DNA of 26,075 bases from Candidatus Heimdallarchaeota archaeon (GTDB lineage Archaea > Asgardarchaeota > Heimdallarchaeia > Hodarchaeales > Hodarchaeaceae), in contig JBHLSH010000056.1 in the NCBI GenBank assembly GCA_048881705.1, forward strand, positions 1-26,075. Reading direction: 5' to 3'. Below the pieces are notes generated by a model. That model was not told the DNA's origin. It saw only the letters and a list, made by a program, of their open reading frames with translations, and ran no database searches. The translations under genes and the position numbers were made by a program. Below are positions 16,846-24,878 of this stretch, piece after piece; the stretch's first letter is position 1, and each line of letters opens with the position of its first letter.

Positions 16846-17805
16846 CTAGCTACATGTACAGTTATTTTCAGACTCGAGACCATCACAAGAGCATTTGACT
16901 GGGTCACATTGATCATGTATAACCTGTTCTAAGATTATGGTTGGTGTTAATGGGAATTTTTTAGTTATTCTGGATTGAAGGGATTGTAGACCAAAACATT
17001 CGCTCCTATAATGGTCTATATCAATCAGAGTCATGCCAACCTCTCGAGCCATAGTTTGAGCTACCCAACTATGGTCGGATGATATGAGAATATCCACGCC
17101 CAGTTCAGCCATAGTCAAGATCGTTTGATCATTAAATCCTCCTCCGGGAATATATCCAACCTTATTACCTTTACATCGTGGATTGTAGATTACTTTGGGA
17201 TCAACTCCCAAGGACATCAGCCTGCTAATAATGCTTTTTAAGGAGATTTTAGCTCTCAGAATTGCACCCAAATTTCGGATTTGATGCCCCTTGTACGGTA
17301 GATTAATTTTAATGAACTGATTTTTCGTAAAACCGAGATAGGATAAAAAAGAGTCGCCAATACCGCCTTCCATTGAGTCCCAGGCTAGGTGGAAGTTGTA
17401 GATATTAAACCCGTTAATTTCAGCTAGTTTAAGCATACCTTGATATACAGGATTCTTGTAGCAGCTGATTTTATGATGAGCGATCACAAGACCATTGGCA
17501 GGGATTAATGCTAAATGATGAAATTCAGGATTTATCATCAGATAAATGACATTAATATTGTCTACAGGCTTGATCTCGTATCCTAAGGATAGAGATGAAT
17601 TTTTTCTATCAACGTGTGCATATTCGAATTCGTTGATCGGTGATAAAGTTTCAAGAAACGTCACGACATCATCAGAAGGAATAAGTTTACCAGGAGTACC
17701 TTTATAGAATCCTTCGTCTCTCGACGCGATTGGGAGCGTAAGTGGACTATACCTAATTATGTAAGGATCAATATTTTCGGTATAATCGTTATCCACAATA
17801 AACAA
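16846..17805 (-). CDS. Nif3-like (YbgI/HcgD family) dinuclear metal protein with Cys-rich tail
   Basis: IAHHK, FHLAWDSMEGG, IPGGG, LISSD, DHYRSE match the Nif3 metal-ligand pattern; start uncertain. Confidence 0.8.
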   Translation of the reverse strand: MFIVDNDYTENIDPYIIRYSPLTLPIASRDEGFYKGTPGKLIPSDDVVTFLETLSPINEFEYAHVDRKNSSLSLGYEIKPVDNINVIYLMINPEFHHLALIPANGLVIAHHKISCYKNPVYQGMLKLAEINGFNIYNFHLAWDSMEGGIGDSFLSYLGFTKNQFIKINLPYKGHQIRNLGAILRAKISLKSIISRLMSLGVDPKVIYNPRCKGNKVGYIPGGGFNDQTILTMAELGVDILISSDHSWVAQTMAREVGMTLIDIDHYRSECFGLQSLQSRITKKFPLTPTIILEQVIHDQCDPVKCSCDGLESENNCTCS

Positions 17806-17984
17806 CCCTTTTGGGTTAATATGGTCGCATCGAAAGCAATTCTAAGTTTTGTAGGTTTTGAGGGGTCAACCCTTATGGTTTTTAGATCAAATTACTCTGA
17901 AGAATATTCCTCCCTCGATCCTTATTGATATTTAGCATTAAAAATTTACATTTTACCTATATATTAAGATCAGATATTCCTATC

Positions 17985-17991
17985 AAAAAAA
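17985..17991 (-). terminator. Oligo-T terminator candidate downstream of the YHS ORF
   Basis: A7 on + (T7 on -) within a pyrimidine-rich minus-strand stretch about 60 bp after the YHS stop. Confidence 0.35.
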
Positions 17992-18049
17992 GAAAGGAAT
18001 GGACAAGATTCTACCTTACCTGTCCCATTTCCTTACTCTGTTGATTGTT

Positions 18050-18220
18050 TTACATATGCATTCCACTGGAATTTTGTTGTCTACTTAAGAATTTTTCAGG
18101 ATCCTTATCAAACATTTCCTTATGCATTGGTTTATGAAAGTAGAACGTCTTTCCTTTGTAAACTGTGGAAGGCGATCTGTTTTCATCCACCATCATTCCG
18201 CAGACAGGACATCTTTGCAT
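18050..18220 (-). CDS. Small YHS/TRASH-domain metal-binding protein (56 aa, not in the ORF track)
   Basis: Manual translation MQRCPVCGMMVDENRSPSTVYKGKTFYFHKPMHKEMFDKDPEKFLSRQQNSSGMHM matches the YHS pattern PVCGM.V...Y.GKT.YF....K..F..DPEK; GAGGA SD upstream. Confidence 0.88.
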   Translation of the reverse strand: MQRCPVCGMMVDENRSPSTVYKGKTFYFHKPMHKEMFDKDPEKFLSRQQNSSGMHM

Positions 18221-19193
18221 TGCAGTTTCCTCATTGTTGCTTGTGGTGTAATAGCGATTAATCCCAAATTATCTTTCTAAAGTAAGATTAATCAAATCAA
18301 CACCATACCATTGATGACATGAATGAGGAATAAGGTTCCCTCTTCAAAATCTAAAGTTATATTAACAAATGGTTTCTCTAGTATGCAAATTGGAGAGAAA
18401 CTTCGATGTTTTTCAATGAAATCCACGTCTCTCAATAATTCACTATGTCCTATAATGCGGATATGAAAGTTCACGAGAGATAGAGGGAAGGTTCTAGGTG
18501 ATGAGAGATGACAGGATTCATTCCACCAATTATCCTTTAAATTGATTCTTTTTTTTCTTATATATGTAATTAGGATGTAAAACGGGCTAAATATCGCCAA
18601 TTATTACCCAAAAAACCCCGTTTAGTAATGATGAACAACATACAAAACAGGAACCATAACCAAGAGGGATGTTGTTCTCCTGAAATTTCGAATATCGTTC
18701 TGGTTGTTTTAAAAAATGAAGTCTGGATTTCAATCGTTTATGGTTGTCAATAAATCCTATTATTCCTGTACGCTAGGTAGCTCTAGTTAGCTGGTGTTTG
18801 TGAGGAGGTGTTCGAATTATAGGCCTAATCATAAACAAAACACACTGCAACCTTAGATTTATCTTGTTTAATGTTTTCATTAATGAAATTCTGATGTTTT
18901 GTGTAATTATTCAGGATATAGAAGCTTTTTTTTTTCCATAATCTGTCTCTTTTATTCCCTCCTACCTTAAAAACTATAGCAAAGCTTACATAACCTGTCG
19001 TTCGATCTTCTGCCTAAACAAACTCTTTGACAGGAGGCATAGGCAATTCATGAAACTTTATCAGTTCAGTATCTTATGGCAACAATGGCTGCTAAAGTAC
19101 AACATTAATTATAACTTTTACAATCTTGTAATCCTAAACTTTGATTTTGAGCCGCTTTTTCAATCGTTAAATGAACTGGAAATACTTCCGGAA

Positions 19194-19688
19194 TTATAAA
19201 CGCTTCATAGCGTCGCGCAACCTTTCCCCGGTACTCTTCTGTGGATTGAAAGGTAGTTCTATCACTACATCTGGACTGATCCGCAATTTAAGGTTTTCTG
19301 AGTTACTTAAGGTATTAAATAGTTCAGGACACAGCCTTTTTAGTGTTGAAACCGTAAGAATATTGTTCATCGTGCATGCACCAATGATTTCTCTAAGAAT
19401 ATTCTGATAAGGTAAGGAATTGACATTTTCACCAAGTAAGAATCCAAATGCTGCAAAGGATCCGCGAACGTCCTGGGATTCTTCGAATGCGGGGAGTTTA
19501 ATGATAACAGCAGCTGCTTTAAATTCTTTTTTGAAGCTGACCACAACTAAATCCCCTTCTTTACCTCCTGCGGGCAGGATCTTTAGGGCAAGCTCAATTT
19601 CCTGCGACTCATCTAATATTGTCCTTGGCCAGATGTTGAAAATTCCTGGTCCGAGTTCTGTTACCCCCGCTATAAATACTGCTTCCAT
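19194..19688 (-). CDS. Putative longin/uDENN-like domain protein
   Basis: N-terminal strand then ELGP.I...WP, central LP.GG, D.RG followed by a hydrophobic strand; pattern recalled from uDENN/longin-like proteins, not verified by search. Confidence 0.55.
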   Translation of the reverse strand: MEAVFIAGVTELGPGIFNIWPRTILDESQEIELALKILPAGGKEGDLVVVSFKKEFKAAAVIIKLPAFEESQDVRGSFAAFGFLLGENVNSLPYQNILREIIGACTMNNILTVSTLKRLCPELFNTLSNSENLKLRISPDVVIELPFNPQKSTGERLRDAMKRL

Positions 19689-19853
19689 ATTAAACCCAAT
19701 ATCTAAATTTCATGGAACAGATAGTTTTCAATTGTCATCAAAGACAAATTCATTGTAGTTACTGTTACAGGGTCATATATCCCCTTTGGGATTGTAACTA
19801 TTCATTTTAAGGTTTTTCAAAAACTCAGAACCTGGTGTTAACTTTTGGCTGAG

Positions 19854-20177
19854 ATGGATTTTCTGTTATTGGTACAAGTGGTTAATTCCATTTGTTGTTT
19901 AATTGGATTTATTTTCTTTGCTTCAGCCTGGAACTATTCACGCAAGATTCAAAAGTTACTAAAGGAGACACGGATAGTAAGAAGATGGAGAATAGCTACG
20001 CTGCTGGTAGGTTTGTTTTCAATTGGCTACCTTATTAATATTCCATTAGTTTTTATCGTAGATTTACCTGTTCTATTGCTTATAGAGGCGTTGGTATTTC
20101 TAGGAGGTTCTATTTTCGTTTTAATAGTATTTAATTTAGCTTTCAAGACATACGATCTTATTTATAGCCTTCCATAA
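19854..20177 (+). CDS. Small integral membrane protein (about 3 TM), resembling stand-alone sensor N-terminal membrane modules
   Basis: Three hydrophobic helices, W..L..L...F..GY and VFLGGSIFV; ATG 19854 preferred over TTG 19845. Confidence 0.7.
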   Translation: MDFLLLVQVVNSICCLIGFIFFASAWNYSRKIQKLLKETRIVRRWRIATLLVGLFSIGYLINIPLVFIVDLPVLLLIEALVFLGGSIFVLIVFNLAFKTYDLIYSLP

Positions 20178-20266
20178 GGAAAATGAGATTTTTGCGTTAA
20201 AAAAGCATGCTACTTATATTTCGAGATAAATTTTGGAAAATCCTAACATGAGCTGACTTTAAACGA

Positions 20267-20380
20267 TTAATAATCACGTTTTTTGTCAGATTTCTTTTTA
20301 TACAGTTCTACAAGCTTCTCTAGATCAAACTCCTCAAGGATTTCTTCCTGTTTTCTGTATCCAATTGATTCTTTGGCTTT
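20267..20380. repeat. Dispersed direct repeat, copy 1 (pairs with 24765-24878)
   Basis: 114 bp ungapped; hand count 94/114 identical (about 82%). Confidence 0.9.
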
Positions 20381-20434
20381 TGAGGAGCGGAGATTATTTA
20401 GGGAACTCATCAAAAGACAAAGCAGTACTTCCAT
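20267..20434 (-). pseudogene. 55-codon ORF or gene remnant duplicating the C-terminal tail of the Arf-like GTPase
   Basis: Ends KAKESIGYRKQEEILEEFDLEKLVELYKKKSDKKRDY versus KDKESIGYREQKELLEEFDLEELAELYKKKSDEKRGY in 24765-25712. Confidence 0.7.
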
Positions 20435-20672
20435 ACCGTCGTATAGCCTCTAGGGAAAATTTTACTTTTTTCTTTTTATTTATGCCTGGCAGGGGTTCAA
20501 AACATATTGTCTGATTTATTAAATTTCATAGAGCTGAAAGAAATCGGTATTGCGGAACATGCAAGGCATCCAAGACCATTCCTATTATTCTTTTAACTGG
20601 AAAGGATCGATGAGATTCGCAGTTTTTACCCCGATCAGGTCAACAGAGATAGTTTCCGAGCGTGCCCCCTGC

Positions 20673-21422
20673 TCAAGACAGCTGATTCAAGGCTTCTTGC
20701 AGTTCAACGTTGAACTTGTGATCAGGCTTAAATATGGATCTTTCATGTGCTATTTGATAAGATATTTCGCACGAACACGAAATCGAGCCAATATATTTTA
20801 TCCCGTCATCCCGAAATTCCTTTGCCCATCTTTCTAAATCGGCTCTCATATCCACTTCAGGGACCTGATTAAATAACAAATAAATATTCCAATTGGCACC
20901 TGGTTTTGCTCTCTTATAAAGTATCCTTAGCATTATCTTGGTACCATTCACTTCATAAGAATTCGGACGGAGTAATAAAACGGCCTTATCTGACAACATG
21001 ATCAGATTGACTAGAATAAGGTGCCATCCTGGCGGAGTGTCGAATACTACATAATCATATGTACTTTCTAGCGATTTTAGATCAATCATCATTCTTTCGA
21101 GAACAGTCATGAACCATTCTTGATCTGATCCCATCACTTTCTCGTTCGGATCAAAGTGGTTGTTGGTAAAAACCACATCTAAATTAAACCTGATATTAGG
21201 ACATATGGTTTTTTTAAAAGTGACATTTCCCATAAGATAATCATTAAAATAAAAGTCGGGTTCTCGTTTAAAGATATCAAAAAAAGAAGGCATCATGAAA
21301 TCGTTTTCCACTAATAGAATTCTATTTTTGCGTGCAAGTAAGCCAGCTATGTTCACAGCTACAGTTGTTTTGCCCGTTCCTCCCTTATAACTATGGATTA
21401 GGATTTTTTCCATTGTAGACAA
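20673..21422 (-). CDS. ParA/MinD family ATPase
   Basis: Deviant Walker A YKGGTGKTT, LLVEND, FDTPPG, LLLRPN; GGAGGT SD upstream; start TTG 21422 or ATG 21413. Confidence 0.9.
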   Translation of the reverse strand: MSTMEKILIHSYKGGTGKTTVAVNIAGLLARKNRILLVENDFMMPSFFDIFKREPDFYFNDYLMGNVTFKKTICPNIRFNLDVVFTNNHFDPNEKVMGSDQEWFMTVLERMMIDLKSLESTYDYVVFDTPPGWHLILVNLIMLSDKAVLLLRPNSYEVNGTKIMLRILYKRAKPGANWNIYLLFNQVPEVDMRADLERWAKEFRDDGIKYIGSISCSCEISYQIAHERSIFKPDHKFNVELQEALNQLS

Positions 21423-21438
21423 CTGACCTCCTCAATGG

Positions 21439-21972
21439 TTAGTGTGCAAAATAATAGATCTCTCCGTGTGACTCTCGAAAATCCAGAAGAGCATCCGCCA
21501 TGAATTTTTCGAGATGTTCTCTTATGGTTTTCCGATCTGTTTTCAAGTACCTGAGCAGATCCTCCATTGTCACCCCTGGTGGTTTTTGCAATTGTAGTTC
21601 AAGTAATGCCACAGCTGTATCATTTTCTTCTTCTGAAAGACCTTGACGGGTAGCCCAGTTTTTTAAACTTCTTTCCTTTTTTAAAACAGTCAAAAACTCG
21701 CTCAGCGCCCTTTTGATGAAATCATCAACACTCGAAATCGCATATCTAATCTTAATATCACGACTGGACGTAATTTTATGAATCTCATTATACAGATCCT
21801 CGTCAATCTCAAGTGTTATTCCATGATAGACCTTGTTGACACAAAATCTAAGTACCTCCGCCTTATTTTTCAATTTAAATTTCTCTTGAACAGCTTTAAA
21901 CTTTTCTGCGTCTTCTTTATCAAGATCTACCCGAATTGGGAATTTTCGATACTTTTCGTCACGTGTACTCAT
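21439..21972 (-). CDS. Putative DNA-binding protein: two ribbon-helix-helix-like repeats plus C-terminal winged HTH
   Basis: IRVDLDKEDAEKF..KAEVLRFCV and ITLEIDEDLYNEI..VDDFIKRALSEF are RHH-like; VTMEDLLRYLKTDRKTIREHLEKF..LL....GEIYYF is wHTH-like; start moved to ATG 21972. Confidence 0.7.
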   Translation of the reverse strand: MSTRDEKYRKFPIRVDLDKEDAEKFKAVQEKFKLKNKAEVLRFCVNKVYHGITLEIDEDLYNEIHKITSSRDIKIRYAISSVDDFIKRALSEFLTVLKKERSLKNWATRQGLSEEENDTAVALLELQLQKPPGVTMEDLLRYLKTDRKTIREHLEKFMADALLDFRESHGEIYYFAH

Positions 21973-22185
21973 GAATGTTACACCATAGAGCATAATAAAC
22001 AATGAAGGGACAGTTACGTAAACCAATATAGGCCATTACATCTCAATAATAAAAGGTTAATGCCAGATACGGGCTTTTATTGAAGAGATATGCAACTGCG
22101 GCATCTGGGAGTCGTTTCTGAAATCATTTAATGAAAAAACCACTATCGTAAACCTTATATATACCATTAGATTACAATAATTAAT

Positions 22186-22220
22186 ATTAAGGTGTAATGT
22201 TCAATTCGTTACATCTTAAT
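22186..22220. promoter_or_regulatory. Inverted-repeat operator candidate ATTAAGGTGTAA-N11-TTACATCTTAAT
   Basis: 12-bp arms, 11/12 match, in a divergent intergenic region about 25 bp downstream of a TTATATA box (about 22155). Confidence 0.6.
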
Positions 22221-22252
22221 GTCTCAACGTAAAACATTGGAGGAATTAGGAA

Positions 22253-22786
22253 ATGAGGAAAAAGTTGTCAGCTTTATTCCTAGTAGTTTCCATTCTAGCG
22301 TTAGTACCAGTAGTATCCACAAGTGCAAAAAGGCCTCTTGTGGGTACAATGGATTTGCAGTTTAACCTAGGATGGCCGGGGCCTCAGCAGACGACCATAC
22401 CAGATTGGATAGGGAATATAGAAATCGGTGAAAACGCCTATGGTATGGCTTTCTTTGCTATTGGAACAGGAAGGCCTTTTGAAGTGCAAAACGAGGGTAG
22501 TGCATATTTCTTCGAAGAAATATGGAGGATTTATGAAACTATAAACTATGTTTTCGACGAAAATGGAGTTCTTCAAGACTGGGATCATGGTGAGGTACTC
22601 CTTTGGGGTTATGACGAAGGGTTAACCAACATGAAGAACAGCAAATATCATATGCTTGGGCTCGTTGAAGAAGCAGTTGGTAGTTTCACGGTTTGGTCAG
22701 GTCGCCATGTTTACATGAGTGGTAATATTATCTGGTACCCCTTCGAAGCACCTCATTATGCCCCAGGAACAATGAGAATAAACTGA
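22253..22786 (+). CDS. Secreted/surface hypothetical protein, beta-rich
   Basis: Signal peptide MRKKLSALFLVVSILALVPVVSTSA; GGAGG SD; Gly/aromatic-rich mature region. Confidence 0.75.
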   Translation: MRKKLSALFLVVSILALVPVVSTSAKRPLVGTMDLQFNLGWPGPQQTTIPDWIGNIEIGENAYGMAFFAIGTGRPFEVQNEGSAYFFEEIWRIYETINYVFDENGVLQDWDHGEVLLWGYDEGLTNMKNSKYHMLGLVEEAVGSFTVWSGRHVYMSGNIIWYPFEAPHYAPGTMRIN

Positions 22787-22811
22787 AGACATTAAGAACG
22801 GCTAAGAAAAA

Positions 22812-22845
22812 CTCCTGGCGTTTTCCAGGAGGCCTCTCTTTTTTT
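22812..22845 (+). terminator. Hairpin plus T-tract terminator
   Basis: CTCCTGG-cgtttt-CCAGGAG followed by ctctcttttttt, 25 bp after the stop, between convergent genes. Confidence 0.7.
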
Positions 22846-22908
22846 CAATTGTAAATATCGATTTAATGCTGAAGAACTAAGGTAATTTTCGGAAAACCAA
22901 AGAAAGCG

Positions 22909-24465
22909 TTAGCCCTCTTGATCTAGTCTTACCATTTTTTGTACTTCTTGGAGATATTTCTCTATTTCAACAATTTTTATTCTTTCTCTGACAGAAACCG
23001 CTGAATCCCACTTCTTGAATTCCTGTTCGATGTGATCCATCTCTACTTCAATTTTTTCTCCCAATCGAAACAACCTGTTTTCATCTGCTTCCTGTTTGGC
23101 CTGATCAAGGATTGCCATGGCTTGTTTTATTTCTCCTTCAACAATGAAGAGTTTCGCTTTTAATAGTGAGAGTTCTATTAGTTCTGGAGAAAATTTCTTT
23201 TCAGATAAAGTTTGAATATGATTATCAATTAGTCTTCGAGCTTCCTTCATAATCAGTTTGTCTTCTGACAGCTTAAATTCATCTAAATAGAGCTCGGCTA
23301 AATGGGTCAAGACCAGAAAAGAAAAAGTTGTATCTGATGTAAGCCATATGTAGGAACCGGCTGACTGAATTTCCTTTTCCCTGGCAGCAAGAAGTTCCAG
23401 AAATATGCTTTGAGCCCGTGCTTTATCGGAGAATCGGGAGCTAGATTTCAGAAAAATCGCTTCTGCGACCAAGCCATGGGCCGTGATGCGTTTACTGTTT
23501 GATCTACCGCTCGCTTGAAAAAACTTTTGAATGCACTCCTTTGCCTTTCTACGGCTTCCAAATTCAATATACAATAACAACAAAGGAATAAGACAATAGG
23601 ATGCTATCATAGGGTTTCCAATTTCAATGGATGAACTAAAAGCCTGTTCTAGAATCTTTTCACCTCTATTTAATTTTCCTTGTTGGTAAAACATTAGGCC
23701 TATTAGGGAATTAACCAAGTTAATCCCATTTCTATCGCCGATGGACTTGAACAGCTCTGTAGCTTGAGAAATCTTATTGTTAGCCTCCTTAAAATCGCCT
23801 TTTTGTAAATAAAATTGTCCCTGCCAAGCTTTCACCCAAGCTATCCCTTGCTTGGCCTCAATTGAGCTATAAATCACCAAGCTGCGATCAAGAAAGTCAA
23901 AAAACTTTGAAGTATTCCCGTTCTCAAGTTCCAGAAAAGCCATATAGTACAAGCTCTTTGCTTTAATGAACAGGTTATTTTGGTTTAATTCCAAGCCTTT
24001 TCGAAAATATTTCTCAGCCAAATCGTTTCTAAGTTGGTAAAAGTAAGCGATACCCATCAAGTGATAAAGAAAGGAGCCCCAGAAAGACATAAGTTTAGGA
24101 TATTCTGATACTTTTTCCATATCGTGCTCTAATAATTCCAATACATTCTTTCCTTTCTTTATCGCTTCGTCAACTTCCCCTCTAGTAATTTCTAAATTCA
24201 TAATCGATGTTGAATACACTAAACTTGATATAAACAAAAGACCATCCAATTCTAATTCCGGAATCTTACGAATGAGGTTTTCGGCTTCATCGACTTCTCC
24301 TAGCCTAATCAAAGCTCGGCTATGATAAGAAACGCAGATCGCCCTTTCAATGCTCTTTGAATCTTTAAACGTCTCGTAACATTCTAGCTTCTTGATCTCT
24401 TCCAAAAGTAATGGATATTCTCCTGTTACATATAGATGTTCAAGTGCCTCCTGATCTATTTTCAA
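22909..24465 (-). CDS. Tetratricopeptide-repeat protein
   Basis: Recurrent helical repeats (HLMGIAYFYQLRNDLAEKYFRKGLEL, WQGQFYLQKGDFKEA, LIGLMFYQQGKLNRGEKILEQAF); TTG start with GGGGA 6 nt upstream. Confidence 0.88.
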   Translation of the reverse strand: MKIDQEALEHLYVTGEYPLLLEEIKKLECYETFKDSKSIERAICVSYHSRALIRLGEVDEAENLIRKIPELELDGLLFISSLVYSTSIMNLEITRGEVDEAIKKGKNVLELLEHDMEKVSEYPKLMSFWGSFLYHLMGIAYFYQLRNDLAEKYFRKGLELNQNNLFIKAKSLYYMAFLELENGNTSKFFDFLDRSLVIYSSIEAKQGIAWVKAWQGQFYLQKGDFKEANNKISQATELFKSIGDRNGINLVNSLIGLMFYQQGKLNRGEKILEQAFSSSIEIGNPMIASYCLIPLLLLYIEFGSRRKAKECIQKFFQASGRSNSKRITAHGLVAEAIFLKSSSRFSDKARAQSIFLELLAAREKEIQSAGSYIWLTSDTTFSFLVLTHLAELYLDEFKLSEDKLIMKEARRLIDNHIQTLSEKKFSPELIELSLLKAKLFIVEGEIKQAMAILDQAKQEADENRLFRLGEKIEVEMDHIEQEFKKWDSAVSVRERIKIVEIEKYLQEVQKMVRLDQEG

Positions 24466-24764
24466 GAGAAATCCCCTTTGAAAACTCCGTGAAACGCTCC
24501 ATTATAACAGAATCGTTTGGGTTTATTAGATGTCTCATCATAGAGGAAGCGGGGATTAAATTTCGGTGGACTCCCGATTTCGAAGAAAATGTTTCAGAAA
24601 ATACCTCAATACCGTTTCTTAATCCTCTTACATCGATTCACTATACTGTTTCGAACTATTTCTTGAAGAAAGTACTATCAATACTCTCCTTGTCTTCAGA
24701 TATCCTACTTATACTCCCTGAAGCAAAAATCCATCAAAATTGATAAGAAATGAAACTGGACCAG

Positions 24765-24878
24765 CTAATACCCACGTTTTTCATCAGATTTTTTCTTATA
24801 TAGTTCTGCGAGCTCTTCTAGATCAAATTCCTCTAATAATTCTTTCTGTTCTCTGTATCCAATTGATTCTTTGTCTTT
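24765..24878. repeat. Dispersed direct repeat, copy 2 (pairs with 20267-20380)
   Basis: Last 38 codons of the GTPase gene including the stop. Confidence 0.9.

Noticed and set aside
16831-16850. Small hairpin GCTAGG-N7-CCTAGC at the Nif3 stop
   Set aside because: Only 6-bp arms and no adjacent T-tract; weak evidence for a terminator.
18292-18600. 102-aa minus-strand ORF
   Set aside because: TTG start, no recognisable motif or SD, AT-rich context; cannot be supported as a gene, though not excluded.
19050-19199. 49-aa plus-strand ORF behind AGGAGG
   Set aside because: SD spacing is long (12 nt), the product is featureless, and it overlaps the stop of the convergent gene.
20520-20615. Short frame ending KTIPIILLTGKDR*, reminiscent of a response-regulator receiver segment
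   Set aside because: About 30 codons between stops, no start and no other receiver motifs; could be chance.
20550-20837. 95-aa plus-strand ORF
   Set aside because: Half of it is antisense to the ParA/MinD gene; no motif.
485-22588. Remaining short ORF-track entries (e.g. 485-703, 2472-2756, 6361-6714, 11769-12092, 13613-13918, 15345-15581, 19420-19758, 22367-22588)
   Set aside because: All are antisense or alternate-frame shadows of well-supported genes.
24411-24743. 110-aa plus-strand ORF between the TPR and GTPase genes
   Set aside because: Overlaps the TPR start on the opposite strand; no SD or motif. The opposite strand has multiple stops, so a decayed gene cannot be identified either.
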